Origin: Tubiluchus corallicola
Lineage: Eukaryota; Animalia; Priapulida
Assembly: GCA_030141605.1 (NCBI GenBank)
Contig: JAQGDQ010000583.1
Location: forward strand, 1-64,000
DNA: 64,000 nucleotides
Direction: 5' to 3'
Below are positions 41,330 through 55,773 of the stretch, one piece after another. Made by a program: the position numbers and the translations under genes. Within the stretch, counting starts at the first letter, position 1, and each line of letters begins with the position of its first letter. The notes below the pieces were generated by a model that saw only the letters and a list, made by a program, of their open reading frames with translations, ran no database searches and was not told the origin of the DNA.

Positions 41330-42720
41330 TATTAACGATGTAATAACTAAATGCCGTAATAAACTAACGCGTATTAACGAAATAAAAATCAACAACACTG
41401 TCATTACAAAGCCAAAAGATATTGCCAACCCGCTAAATGCAACATTGTTGAATCTTGGAAATTTTAGGGGAGTGGCTTCTCAAATTAGCAATAATATAAT
41501 TAACAATTTAAAGAACAAATCGACTAACACATTATTCTCATTCACAGTAGGAGAAATTATGGACATATTAAGTAACCTGATTCTAACAAAGGGAGTGAAC
41601 GATCTGATACATTTCGGTAATACATTGTTTTGGCAAAGTTTGGAAAAGAATTATTTGTGATCAGATAAATTCATACGTAAATAAACATGAACCTTAATCA
41701 AAACATTCGGTAAAAACCATTCAGCCTTTGACGCCCTAATAAGCAATTCAGAAAATTAGAGACATAGCTTAGCCAACAAAACAATACATTTTAGCGGCTT
41801 TTCCAGATTGAAGTAAGGCATTCTATAATATTAATGACAAACTACTTTTAGTGTGATTACTTACAAACTACTTACTTTGATTTAATGTCATTAAAACTGA
41901 TTCCAAATTATTTCATAGATAGAAAAGAACAAGAAAAGTTAGAGCACAAGCAACTTTTCAGACTGAGCCACGTTAAACAGAGGTATACCACAGGGAACGT
42001 TACTGGGTCCGTTGTTATTTTGCTCTTATATAAACAACATATCCATTGTTTTACATACTCACAAATTACACAATACGCTGATGACACTACAATTTATTTA
42101 ACTCACGAAAATATAAAAATATTCTCACGCAATTATTTAGAAAATGATATGCGAAATATAATATGACGCAAAAATGGTGTCTAGCATATCATATCTACGA
42201 CAAGTTAAAGGACAACTAGCACAACAAACTACGAGACTAATATATGAAACTTCTGCCAGACTTCTTATATGGCTTCAAGAAGAAGTGTATGTAGTACAGC
42301 TTCAGAAGTATACAGAAGTATACGTATACTACTTCAAAAAAACCAAAAGAGAAAATTACTTAAAACTAAATCTCCTTTAGAACTATGCATTGAGATTAGT
42401 GGCTGGGTACTCATACAGGTTGGCAGGTAAACAAAAATTCAGAGCTTCAGCAACTAACCTAAGAAAAACTTTAAAACTTCCGCTAATTGAATTTCTGTTT
42501 AAATGCATTAACACCATCAGCCAACCATTTCAAAATAACAGATTTAGCTTTATTCCAAATCCTATCGTCAATTCCAGAACAAGTAATCTTAAACAAATTA
42601 GGACAAATACCCACTATGGAATCAATCATATAATCAAGCAAGCAATTCTACTTTGGAATTCTCTACCATTACAGGGTAAACAAATCAGGTCTCTATCAGC
42701 ATTTTAAACTAAATTATCAT
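41330..42720 (+). mobile_element. Decayed CR1/L2-group LINE ORF2, same family as 61190-63095
   Basis: Fragments SQITQYADDTTIY, RQVKGQL, ASATNLRKTLKLP, FIPNPIVNSRTSNLKQI...KQAILLWNSLP match the 61202-62740 ORF; many stops, frameshifts and deletions. Confidence 0.88.
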
Positions 42721-43231
42721 CATACGTGTAAATGGTTGTAAATACGTTTTATTTTTAGTCTTCACTAAATTTTGTTTCTGCTCCTTTCATGTTACTGCAC
42801 AGTAGTTTAAATGACACTGACGCGTTTACCTTTAGCAGTGTAAGTTTTTATTAAATAAACTGATTGATCATTTCTGTAAAGTCTTTATTCAATGAATATC
42901 AATGCATTTTAATAGCAAATTAAGATTATTATATATACATATACAGTCACCAAGGATAAGTAGTCATGGCGTTGAGTTTTTAACTAAATCAAATATTGGT
43001 TCAATTCAATATCTTTTTGTTTCAGATAGATTGTTTCTTACATCAATAATATGATAGTGATGAAAACATTGATTTTCCCTGATTTTGTACTGGGCATAGC
43101 AAAGCTTTTGGCTAGGGGAGGTGTACAAATACAAAAGGTAATAGTACAGAAAAGCTATATGTCATAGTTTGGCTAAACCGTAGAGAACCAATCATGCCCT
43201 CAATATTTAGTGTGGCACCTCACCTTTCTCG

Positions 43232-44360
43232 CCAAGGCTGGCTGTACGGTATGGTACGAAATTACAGTACGGTATTTTTTCAACAGTACGGTACGGTACG
43301 AAATTACAATACGGTATTTTTTCAACAGTACCGTACGGTACGGTACTGTACGAAATTGCAATACGGTATTTTTTCAACAGTACGGTGCACTACGGACTTG
43401 CGGTATTTCGCACCTTTTCCGTACCATTTTACTCAGGTTCTTGTAACGTTTTTATTGGCCAGCAACTCAGCATAAAGACTTGTTTTGCCTCTTGGGTGGG
43501 GACTTATTGTTCTCCACTAATTAACACAGAACACACACAAACAAAATGGCTAGATTGGTTCGCTTTGGATGCAAACACAGCAAGTTGTTTAGAAGCGCCA
43601 GTTGCCATTTCCCGTAATTTACCTTACCTTTATTGTTGTACCTATAGAAACTTAGTTTATTGCTTGCCAGGTACGACACATATTCATGTAACACGGATGC
43701 TTTAACTGCTATTTCTAAGAATTGTATAGGAATGTACGGCCATGCACGGTAAAAATGGCTCGGTAAGAAATTACGCTTTTTTCCTGTGCCGTTTTTACCT
43801 GTGCCGTTTTTACCTACATTAGTTCTTGTTTAAAAAAATCAAGATGGCTTGAATGCAACATCTGAGTTAAAGATTTGCTTTCCCAACGAAAGAAATTCGA
43901 GACGTACCGACCTAACACGTTAACCTGCGTATAGCTTGCTGGTATAGTTACAAATGTTTTATGCAAGACACTAAATTTGAATCATCATTAAAATTTGTCA
44001 CTAGTGAGCACACACATAATAGACAACTAATAAAATGTAGTTAATGACCGTAACTCATCGTGTCTGCCACAAAATTTTTTATTAAGAAAAATAACAAATG
44101 AATTTATGTCTCGTGTATTATTTCGTGTAGCTTTTGTAACCTAAAATAGATAGTATGGAAGTTCAAACAGCAGTTCTGTTTTTATAGTATGCATAAATTC
44201 ATAACAATAATTGATAAACTTATTTTACAATTAATTTTTATGCCACTCTTCATCGTTTCATAGTAGATCCTACATGAACTTGGTACGGAATTTGGTACGG
44301 AATTTTTTTAGAGGAACGAAGTGGGGCGCTCTTCTTACCGTACCGTACTGCCAGTCTTGG
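43232..44360. mobile_element. Non-autonomous DNA element with GTACG subterminal repeats
   Basis: CCAAGGCTGGCTGTACGGTATGGTA vs TACCGTACCGTACTGCCAGTCTTGG; tandem units of about 40 bp at 43245-43390; TSD unclear. Confidence 0.75.
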
Positions 44361-45889
44361 TCCTCTCACAACTTTCTATTGTTTCAGCAATACTTCGACA
44401 CATTACATCGTTCTGTACTTCTGTGCTATTACTCGTTGCTTTTTTATGTATTGCATCCTTCTAGCAAAGAATCAAGTATGTACTAAGTATGACGGATACA
44501 AGCAACTAGAACAAAAAACGAAATTAAATAACAAGCATTTGGATCCACTGAACCTACTTTGTCAATATCCTGACAGAGCAGTCGTCAGAAAATCGGAAAG
44601 AGAAAGCAAATTGTAATTATCTGTTTTTTTAACTGGCTGCTTTCCTTGGTCAAGGTCAAGTTTTTCTTAGTTTTTGCAGGGAAAATTCGATAAGGAACTA
44701 CTTACTAACCTTTTCAAAGTCTAACATAGGCAAAGGGATGCAAGTATTATTTATTTATTTGTTTATTTTAGGCTTAAAATCAGTACATAAAGAAAATATG
44801 TAAAACAAATAAGAGATGCGGAATATAAAACTATACACCAAACCTGTATGCTAAAAACATGGACTTTTTAATGTTCTCTAAATTCAACAGTGTTTCATAT
44901 TAAGAAATGACTAAATCCCCAAGCCCCCAGGTCCTGCTGCACGCCAGGTGATTGAAAAGTCGTCAATGAACAGTGAACTGTAAGTAGAAACACGAAAGCG
45001 AAATGATTTAGATTTAGATTTATTTGATCATCCAGTTAGCACAATACAAAAATATAATTTATACAATTACAAATTAACAATGCAATACAGTGCTATGAGC
45101 GTAGCAGAAGAAATTAACTTGTGAGCTACGCTCAACATGGATAAGACTAAATTAATGACATAAACAACAACAACGTATTTGGCAAACTGCCATGTCAAGT
45201 ATAAACCGTATTATATTAATATGGCTGACAGAAACTCATTTAATCAATACTTCAGTATGATGTATTGTAATAAGTTAACGATATAACTGCTCTTTTGTAA
45301 GGCTTGGATGTGTCATTTTCAATTATCGCAATATAGGGCGCCAAATTACAAGCTAATAAATCAATGCTCCATCAACGAGGTCGCTTAAAAATATCTAGCC
45401 AGGCGATTCCAGGAACGAATGAATACAGTTTTATACTAACAAAATACCTGGAGTTGTTGACCATCACATACAACAGCTGGAAAACTTCCTAAATTTGTTT
45501 TAAATTTCAGGCACGCAGAGACAGGCAAACTACAGCAATTCTGCACAGTTTCTGACCTCCTGGGGCTATGTTACCTTGATTAAGAGCCGAGAAACTAACG
45601 TGTCATCGTCAAAGCAATTTACAGCTCCAACAAGTTAATGTAATTTATCTGCTTCAATTGATTTGAAGGAATTTTTATAGTAAAACTATTTGTAAATTAG
45701 GTTATTTTTTGTACCTAAAATGACAGATTGCTAAAATAATTGGATTGGTATGGCTAGGTGGCGCCAGCGCGAAAAATGCAGTAGCATGGTAGTGCGCTAG
45801 GTAGTATCGATGACATCGCCGAAAAAAGTAAAATTCTAATATTTTCAATGAAAATCAAAAACACTGTTACTTTGCTCGTAGATAAAATT

Positions 45890-46466
45890 AGTGGGGAAGC
45901 TGCTTCGGGAAATTTTTAGCCATTGTTTTAATACTGTGTGTAAAATGTAACAAGCATATGTAATTTTAATGTTGTAGTTTTATTTGAAAATCGGTTGTTG
46001 AACGGCCTCTTTTTATCTGCAACTTTTTCATGGAGAGACAACTGTGAAAAATTAAGCTGTTGTAGTTCGCTTACAGTGTCAGAATCACAGAACTTATTTC
46101 TTGCGTTCATTATTAAATAATTTATGTGTTAAGCACACAAGCTAAGTTTACACTACCACATCCAAGAATGTGACGGTAAGCACGTGGCAAGTGTTACTGC
46201 ATTCGAGACAGTACTTTTCTACCTAGCTGCAGACGCTAGCGTACAGCGCGTTATCTCAGACATGTGCGCATGACCGCATGCGCACAACAACCAAACGCCA
46301 CGCTGCTGAGCTGTAAAGCAAACAGTACTACCCTCACGTGCTCCGTTTCTGCACACGTATGAAGAAAGAACTCAAGAAAAAAGAGTTACTGTATTGAATA
46401 TTATCGATGATAATGTGTGAAAACAGGGAGTGCTACAGTACCACAACACCTATACACGAGCCGCTG
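45890..46466. mobile_element. hAT-type element related to 9448-9989
   Basis: Shared blocks gctgcttc..aaatttttagccattgttttaatactgtgt, tgcgcatg.ccgcatgcgcacaaca, attgaatattatcgat, cctataca.gagccgc. Confidence 0.75.
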
Positions 46467-49057
46467 CAGGAGCATTATCAACATTATCTATACCGTTCAA
46501 AAGCTAGCTTGAATTCTTCACTCAGTGGTAGGGCCTTCTCAATGTATATGGTTGTGGCGACACCGGAACTGGCTCATTGTGAAAGCTTTGCATTTAAATA
46601 TGAGACAATGATACGGCTTCGATTTCATATAGGCCGTCCACATTGCACCAGTGTCCTAGCCACTTCAGTCCACGAGGTAAAGATCTCGAATCAGCAAAAC
46701 AAATTATATAACCAGAGCATCTTGAATCCAGTGGTCATCCATCCATTTACTGATCAGCTTTGACGCTGCTTAGCTTCGTGAACACACACTGATCATCTGG
46801 CAATTACTCTCGTCCCAAAACTACTGTCAATGTTTGTGCACAATTTCATAGTTAATGAATCATCAGCCAGTCAGTCAGTCAGTGTCGAACATTGTCAGAC
46901 AGCTGTCATCCACCTAGTTAATCAGCCAACCAGCTCTGCTAGTATCCAGTCTGGCATTCTAAAATATTAGAACATGGATGAGTAATTGCGATAAAATAAT
47001 TTGTCCTGAACAGGCATAAATAATTGAATAAGTGCACACTAAATGACTAAGTGAAAAGACCATAAATTGCCAAATTTGCAATGATGGCTTTTTGGAAAAG
47101 TATGAACGAATGTTTCATACAGTTTCTGGAAAACTAAGTTATTTTAAACAACGGTATGTCTTTAAAAGTACCTGTCGCAAATTGTACGCGCTAGACAGAT
47201 AATGTCGCAAAACAAGTTTCTAAAGAAGTTTTACAGCTTTTTAATTAGCTTTCAGATTTTTTACGAATTTTACAGTTGATATTTGACCTCATAGGACATG
47301 TTACTAGTTGTTATAATGTTTAGTTAAAGTCGGCTTGCAAGCTAGAAATGATTTCGCTTTATCTGAAGCGACAAGGTTCGATCCGATACTAATGATACGA
47401 TTTTTTACAAAAGAACTAACGATACAGTTTTCTGTTGCCAGTTTGTTATATGGCTTTGCCAGAAAATTAGGAACTGAACCCACGATCTTCTAGTTACAAG
47501 CGCGGCCACGCTGCTTTTGTGCCAGGTTACTTGTACACAAAGCTGTTAATAATAGACACAGTATAATGAATTTTGTAAATCCTCAAAATCAATCAATCGA
47601 CAAATACACAATGCAAGTACTGCACCATATACATATAACAAAATGCTGATAAAAAACTAAACTACCTTCTAATTACTCTGTAAGCCATCAATACGGTAGG
47701 TAATATTGTTGTAGTCATCAAAGTTTTCAATCACCATTCATATTGATAAATAGCAACAAAGCTTGTACATAAATACATTTTCGTTATACATAGTGTCCAA
47801 AATTTCCACGGAAAGTAGCTTCTTGTAAGTGTTAGTTTCATTTTATTAACTGGTGGCACCATCTAGCGATTGTACTCGTATTATTTTAGCCACCATGTAC
47901 TTAAGATTCACGGAATTCTGTTTAGCAAATTTAACAAATTTGTACTAAACAAATTTCTAGGGCATTTTTGAAGAAATTCGTGCTCATTGGGTAATCGACA
48001 TTGATCATTAATATATGATCTGGACGAAGAAAACAAGACAGATGTAAGGCAACTAGAGGTGAATCTACCCCCCCCCCCACCCTTGTCGATTCAAAGTGAT
48101 TTTGATTCTGCAAGAAAATGTGATTAACTTAGTTAATTTAGTTATAGCTACTGAACCACATCTAGCTCGTTATAATTTGTCCTAATGAATATAAATCACA
48201 TCACATGTAAAGGCTAAAGCTGACATAAGATTTGGCACCAGTAACAGGAATGTGATAATATTTGGAAAAAACGAATAGCCGATAACTCACCAGCATCAGT
48301 TTAGGTCCTTAAACAGAAGTTCAAACTGTTGCTATTAAATAGCCACAAGCAAAATATACCGCTTGGTAAAATATGCAATTTTCAGGTAATTCGCCTTAAA
48401 GCGCAAGAAAACCCTTTAAAAACATAAAGCTTGAAAAAATCGTTTTGAAATTTTATATCACTTACATACTGCCTTTTTGCGTGCAGGACTTCAATCGGCA
48501 GTCACGCTGTATAAAATATGTAAATTTAAGCTTCCGCGATGACCGTTAAACGCAGCCATTTTCACGACAGGTTATTTGAAACAAGTTTAGATAACATTCT
48601 GTAAAGTTTGAAAAAATAATCAGAGTATTCGTAGCGCACACGTCACTAACTAAATAAAATTTAAAGTTACTGCATCTTGTCAATAAGATTAGAAATGCGT
48701 TTTTTTTTGGTTAGTGAGTGGTGCACCCTGGAGGGTGAGTCAGCGACATTTTACCAATTGGTGAAAACATTTTAAATAATTAATAATTTTCTTTTCTAGT
48801 TACATAAGTCTTTCTAGCAGGTAAGCGAAAATCTAAGTAACATAGATTTGCACGGAAAGCCTTTTGAGGCATAATTTAGCATTGCCTTTTCTTCCCTTGA
48901 TTTACGTTTGGTACATGACGTCATGTAATGGCGACTTCGGAAAAGTATTGCGGGAGATTTAAAATGAAAACAAACTAAAATTCCTTTCAGTGCCGGTAAG
49001 ATATACGCATAAGATTGCTATAAAGTAATATAATTTTTAAGGTGATTTTTCTGAAAC

Positions 49058-49215
49058 CTACTTCAGGTACCCCTTTTCGCGTCCTTTAAGCACCGGGGCA
49101 ATCCAGCGTCCCGTTACACACCGGTTATCGTTCACGCAAACGTAGCAGTCGCCGTTGCCGTTGCTTGATGTGAGACTGTAAGGCAGTGGAATGGCATCTT
49201 CAGCCGCAGAACACC
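49058..49215 (-). CDS. Probable last coding exon of the CTLD/EGF protein
   Basis: ttatag|(G)CSAAEDAIPLPYSLTSSNGNGDCYVCVNDNRCVTGRWIAPVLKGREKGYLK*; phase 1 fits the giant exon; GC-richer than flanks. Confidence 0.55.
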
Positions 49216-49458
49216 CTATAATATAATATTTAGTTTGAGCTGGTTTAGTAGCTGTTGGGCACGTGCAATAGTTAACAAGTGAGTACTTGGTTTACTTAAC
49301 GAATGACTTTTATTTGCAAAACGACGATTTTGTCATGTATGGCGATTTTGAGGATTTAAACCTGCAAAATTTGCTAATCGAAGAAATTAGCATATTCAAA
49401 TCACTAAAATGTTAAATAATACAGTCTGCTAAGCATTGTTAAATAATATGTATGTTAA

Positions 49459-50041
49459 AGCAAAACCATACCCAATCTTAAGCTGTAGGTCAAAACAATC
49501 TACTCTTTAAAATATTGAAAGAAAACGTACTATTTTTTTCAAAAATGACTTACGTGAAAGAATTATTACCACATAAACACGATTTCGCGTTCGCGCCACT
49601 AGTTCTTCGCCGTTAGCGCCTGGATTTCGGATACGCATTGTACAAAAACAGGTGCTGTACCGCTCAGTTCAGATGTGTTAGTTTCCGACGAACTACACAC
49701 GTTCGACAGCTCATGTGCGAGCACAGCGGTAAATTTGAAATTTGAATTTTTATCTTAAAACTTGCTTAGTTTTAGTATTTCACACTGAATATCTTACAGT
49801 AGCACTGTACTTCAATTTCCGCTTTCGCAAACACGTGCAATACGCTCATGGAATATTTTTACTGTTGAAAATTATGTTTGTTTGTGATGTCATCAATAGC
49901 TGGGCTCGCCCGCAGTTGATTAAGTTTTCAATCCATTATTTAATTATCAGACACGCTTTCGCAGTATTAATTGTGTTAAAATATATACTTTTGATCGGCC
50001 TTGAAAATGGGGCAGTATATGGAAGATCATCCTGTCTTCCT
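49459..50041. mobile_element. TTAA-flanked Kolobok-like element, copy 2 (inverted, about 80 bp extra internal sequence)
   Basis: TTAA|AGCAAAACC...TCCTGTCTTCCT|TTAA; reverse complement of 10631-11132. Confidence 0.75.
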
Positions 50042-50399
50042 TTAACGTTTGTGCAAAATAATGCAATTTTTCGCATTTAAAGTACTTTATATATCATACG
50101 GACCAGTGCGTCGACAACTGGCAAATAATGTCGATGTCTTCTTCTAGTCACTGATCTTAATTGTGCTTCTGATGCCCATACATACCTAGCGATCGCTATT
50201 AGCCGCTAGAACTGAAAACTGTAACAGTAAAATAAAGCAACATGTTGCTACTGTAACACGCATCTGGATGTTGAGGCTTGACTCCTTGCAAACTTCTTTG
50301 CTTACCTCGGGTTTTCATAATTGAGTTTTGCTAGTATTACAGTATTACTGATAACTGAAATGAAAACAAACTGTGATATAACAATAAATAATAAGGGCT

Positions 50400-50695
50400 T
50401 TGTTAACAAATAATAATAAAGTACAATTAACAAATAACATACTTAAAATACAACGCATACAAGAACACGTCCCTATAAATACAGGGCTCTTTTTAAGCAT
50501 ATTTGATTAAAAAAATACCATAATTTATAACGAACACATCTACATATATATATCACAGTGCTGATTGAATACATTAATTCTTAGCAAAATTAATTCGTAG
50601 CTTTTAATTTAGAATCACGTATTTTTGAAATTTTATGAACATAGTTAATCAACAATTTCTTAACTTCCACATCTCCACTTTTGTTGAAAAACTTA
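50400..50695 (-). mobile_element. LINE 3' end, second copy of the 25750-26362 family
   Basis: Reverse complement of about 26050-26330. Confidence 0.75.
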
Positions 50696-51371
50696 AATAT
50701 ATCAATATCACACATGGATGAGAATTAAAATATATAAGATATAAAAGAAAAGTATGTATGAAGCGTGTGAATGTGCTCATATTTGGAAGTGTGTTTGCAA
50801 GAGTTTGGCCTGGGCCGCAATTGCTCAGTGACAGGCTAATGTTCAACACGTTACACAATTTACACGCATTACAGCCACATCTCAAGATCCACAAAAGTCT
50901 CTGGTGGGCTTATCAACGAAATATTATTTATGATTGGCTCGAACATTTCGAGGTTCAACGTGAGGGAGTTTTAGAAACCAACCCACTTTGCCTACTGAAC
51001 TTTAGAAGATAGTTAGCTGCTGGCATTATTTTCGACATCTACACACTAAAAGAAGGAAACCTTAGTTGACGTATTTATAAATATTGTAAAAGAAAATTTT
51101 GTTATTGACGTAATTACGTTGTAATATTTGAGTGGTCTGCAAAATTAAATGCATGTTATTGTTGTACTAAAAATTTCAATGATATGGCTCATAATACAAA
51201 CTAGGCATAAATGTGCTCACACATTCTCCCTAATCATTGTGATAAACATTAGTTCTAGGTTAATTACCGATTCGGCATTTAGCGGAAAATGTATTTTTCT
51301 GGTCATGATTTTTGACAGTCTTAGTAACATCGTATTAACTACACATAATACTGATATATAGGAAATATTTA

Positions 51372-51374
51372 TGT

Positions 51375-51413
<39 letters not shown>

Positions 51414-51655
51414 ATCCATCGTCATCGTGATCATCATCATCCATCGTCGTCATCGTCGTCGTCACCATCATTATCATCATCGTGATCATCATCATCCATC
51501 GTCGTCATCGTCATCGTCGTCGTCACCACCATCATCATCATCATCATCGTCGTCGTCATCATCGTAATCATTAGTCCATCGCAACCGTCATTACTGCTGA
51601 CATTGGCTAACCTCATGTGAGCGCGCGTGCGTGCGTGCGTGCGTGTGTGTGTGTA
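51372..51655. repeat. (GT)n-(CAT/CGT)n-(GCGT)n compound microsatellite
   Basis: Direct reading. Confidence 0.9.
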
Positions 51656-52327
51656 CTTAAAATTAAGATAAAACAATCACAATCATAACTGAAAAACAAA
51701 ATTGCTGCAGAGCACGGCGCTGTAATGACATAACCAACAAAACATAACTGCAACAAAAACAAACATGACGTCAACAGGAGATTTTTTCTGTTTTTTTAAA
51801 TTCCCTTCGGCACACTGCTCACCGGAAAACACGCAAAGACAGACCCTATACACTCTTCCCAGCAAAAGCAATCGATAATATCACTTCTTGTCAACTTTTT
51901 TCACTCACATGCTTGCAGTCACCATTTAGGTTAAGAACAAGGGTGTTAATAACGTGATTTCACTTACCTCAAAAATTGGGCTCTCTAGTCACCACGTGAT
52001 CAGAAATATTAATAATATAGAAAATAACAAAATTATAAATGTTCAAATTGATTACAAAAATGGCAAATAAAACTGAATTAACAAAGCAATCATCCGTATT
52101 GCATTTTTACGTAAAATCTACATAACATTAGATAAAATTACTAGTCAACGTTTGTTGAGGTTGCCGTCATTAATCAACAAGTCACTACTGAAGATTTGCT
52201 TTTGCAGTCGTACTTACCTTTCTTGACTGAGTGTGTAGTTTCTTTGAGATCGGAATGTTTCAAAGTTTAATTGTCATGGGTTCATCCTATTACTGAATTA
52301 GCATACTAGTGCTAAAAATTACCATAC

Positions 52328-55300
52328 CTTCACATAAAGTCCCATTTCCAGTATAGCCATCATTGCAGATGCAGGTGGCCTCTAGATTCACTGAAGACGT
52401 CACCGTGGTTATGACGCATGTGGCAGTATCTGCACAGCCATAGTTGTCCCCGTCACAACTTTGGAGTGCTTGACAGTGTGTACCATTACCGCTATACAAG
52501 ACACCACAACTGCAGGCGAAGCTTCCATAGTTATCCACACAAGTGGCTTGGTCGTGGCAGTCATGGACACCATCTTGGCATTCGTCTACATTGTGACATT
52601 GCACGCCACTGCCAGCAAACCCAGAGTTGCAGATGCAGACAAAACTTCCTTCTGTGTCCTGGCAAGTGGCTTCTGGATGACAGTTATTCTGGTCGTCTTG
52701 GCACTCATCCTTCTGCTCGCAATTAATGCCATTTCCTAGATATCCTGAATTACAGGCACACGTAAAAGTTCCTTCCATATTTGAACATTCGGCAAATTCA
52801 TGGCAGTTGTCAGTGGCAAGGACGCACTCGTTTAAATCTGAACAGTCAGATGATCCAGGTCCCGTCCCAATGAATCCTGTGTTACACATACAGTCAAAGC
52901 TACCTACAGTGTTATTGCAGGTAGAGAGGTAACTGCATACAGGTGTATCTTGTGTGCACTCGTCTACATCTATGCACGAACTCAAGGCATCTCCTTCAAA
53001 TCCCGCGTTACAATGACACGTGTAACTTCCTTCTGTATTTGAGCAGGTGGCGTAAGCATGACAGTTATGAACACCAAGCTGGCATTCATCTAAGTCACTG
53101 CAATCCGTTCCATTCCCAGAAAAGCCTCCAAGACAGATGCATGTAAAACTACCGTCAGTATTATTGCAAGTAGCATTCTCATTGCAGTTGTGTGTGTCAT
53201 TGTTGCATTCATTGAAGTCAACACATTCTGTGCCATTGCCGCTGTATCCATACTGGCATATGCACCCAAAACTGCCTTCTGTGTTGAAGCAATGTGCATC
53301 AGCATGGCAGTTATGAGTGTGAGAATCGCACTCGTTTAAATCCTTGCAGCTTGTCAAGCCATCTTGTTCGAACCCGGTTTTACACTGACACATGTAACTT
53401 CCTTCTGTATTTGAGCAGGTGGCGTAAGCATGACAGTTATGAACTCCAAGCTGGCATTCATCTAAGTCACTGCAATCCGTTCCATTTCCAGAAAAGCCTC
53501 CAAGACAGATGCATGTAAAACTACCGTCAGTATTATTGCAAGTAGCATTCTCATTGCAGTCGTGTTTGTCATTGCTGCATTCATCTAAGTCAACACATTC
53601 TGTTCCTATTCCAATGAAACCAGTATGACAAACACATTCAAAACTGCCATGAGTGTTAGTGCACTTAGCATAAACATCACAATTATGTTCACCAGTTCTA
53701 CATTCGTCTATGTCGACACATTCACCTTCTCTCACAATAATGCCAGGTTGACACCAACACACAAAACTGCCAGGTGTATTGGAGCAATATGCACCTTGTA
53801 CAGTACACATAGCATTGTCAAGCTGGCACTCATCCACGTCGCTGCATAGTGTTCCATTGCCCATGTATCCAGTATTACATGTACATTCAAAGCTACCATC
53901 AGTATTACTGCATTCTCCATCAGCATGACAGTTATGTGTATGTTCTTCACATTCATCAACATCTGTACATACACCCGAGTCTGAGTTTGTTTGATTTCTT
54001 TCATAGCCTACGTCACAAAAGCAATTAAAACTGCCATCTGTGTTCATGCAGTAGCTATTTCTCCCACAGTCAGACATATTGTACTCACATTCATTTAAAT
54101 CAGTGCACCAATCTCCACTTGTATCAACAATATATCCGGCCTTGCAGATGCAGCGAAAACTACCTTCATTGTTAAAACACTCAGTTGGATGTTGGCAAAC
54201 GTCAGGATGCAGCAGACATTCATCCGAGTCTTGGCATTCCATGATACCATCTCCTAGATATCCCTCCTGACATGAACAATTGAAGCTGCCAACTACGTTT
54301 TCGCAATCAGCATTAATATGACAATTATTTAAGTTATCTGACTCACATTCATTCAAATCTGAGCATTGCTGTCCATCACCAGCAAACCCTGTTAAGCATA
54401 AGCAGCTAAAACTTCCTTTAGAATTAGTGCAATTGGCTAGACCACTGCACATGGATAAACCACCCGAACACTCATCTATGTCCTCACAATCCGTTCCATC
54501 TCCTAGAAATCCATTGTTGCAAGAACATTCAAAGCTACCTTCTATGTTAGAGCATTGTGCATCAACGTGACAAACGGAGGTCCCGTGTTCGGTGTTAGGT
54601 TCTTCAAGAGCAAAACATTCGTTAATGTCAGTACATATTATTCCTGTTCCAACGAACCCTCTCCGGCATGAACAGTCGAAACTTCCTTCTTCGTTGATAC
54701 AATCTGCGTCCTTGTGACAGTTGTCCAAGTTGAGGTTGCATTCATTTAAATCAGAGCACTCTTTGCCAGTCCCGCTAAAGCCAGGATTACACTTACATTC
54801 ATAGCTGCCTTCAACATTAAAGCAGTCTGCATTATCGTGACAATCATGTTGTTGATTATCACACTCATTAAAATCAGTACATTCTGTTCCAGAGCCATCA
54901 TAACCAGTGTTACATTCGCATTCAAAGGTACCTTGCATGTTGCGACACTGAGCATTTTGATGACAATTATGTAAGTTTATTACACATTCGTCAAGATCGT
55001 CACAATCTACTCCATTGCCCGTCCATCCGGATTCACACATACAGGTGAAACTACCTTCTTCATTGTGGCATTCTGCATTTGTGTCACAATTGTGGTTAGA
55101 GTCCAAGCATTCATTTATGTCACTACACGTTGTACCATCATACCCGTCTTTGCACGAACAGCGGTAGCTGTGGTCCATATTTACACAAGTTCCGCCTTCT
55201 AGATGGCAAGAACTTTGCTCCCAAAAACATTCGTCATAATCTGTGCAGTAAGTTCCATTTCCACTGTAGCCAGTTGATAATGTGTCGCAAGAACACAGAA

Positions 55301-55372
55301 AACTACCTTCGGTGTTTGTGCAAGAAGCCACCTGGTGGCAGTTGTGAGAAGGTAATATACATTCGTTGACAT
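52328..55372 (-). CDS. Giant exon with 24 tandem EGF domains (mostly calcium-binding type) of the CTLD/EGF extracellular protein
   Basis: cactag|(D)VNEC...GTLCE(G)|gtatgg; 3045 bp, phase 1/1; repeating D-x-[DN]-E-C...C-x-N-x-x-G-S-[FY]-x-C-x-C motif. Confidence 0.95.
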
Positions 55373-55513
55373 CTAGTGAAAAAATAAGTAAATATTACAA
55401 TATCAAAAATAACAAAATATGATAAATATTACTCCTGTATTTGTAGTTATCAAATAAAACATAAATAAACTAAAAAGGAGTAGGTTTAGTACAATACATC
55501 CTAGAAAGCTTAC

Positions 55514-55648
55514 CAATGCAAAATATTCCGCTTACAGGGCCAGTGTTGAAAAATCCATTGTTACATTTGCAGGAAAAACTTCCGTCATTATTTGTGCAAG
55601 TAGCGTGATGGTGACAGTTATCAATTTGAAGACTGCATTCGTCAGTAT
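55514..55648 (-). CDS. Calcium-binding EGF exon
   Basis: tgtag|(D)TDECSLQIDNCHHHATCTNNDGSFSCKCNNGFFNTGPVSGIFCI|gtaagc; phase 1/1. Confidence 0.92.
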
Positions 55649-55716
55649 CTACATAATGATTATTGTATGATTGTAATTAATATAAACACATTAAACTTTA
55701 AACTTTTAGTTATCTC

Positions 55717-55773
<57 letters not shown>

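Noticed and set aside
46500-46850. GC-richer, Trp/Cys-containing stretch that might be a lectin pseudo-exon
   Set aside because: Stops in the frames examined and no convincing motif
52218-52295. Candidate exon ending in a strong AAG|gtaagt donor
   Set aside because: Stops in all frames from the nearby acceptors
52418-55369. Short ORFs overlapping the EGF exon
   Set aside because: Antisense or off-frame shadows of the 24-EGF exon
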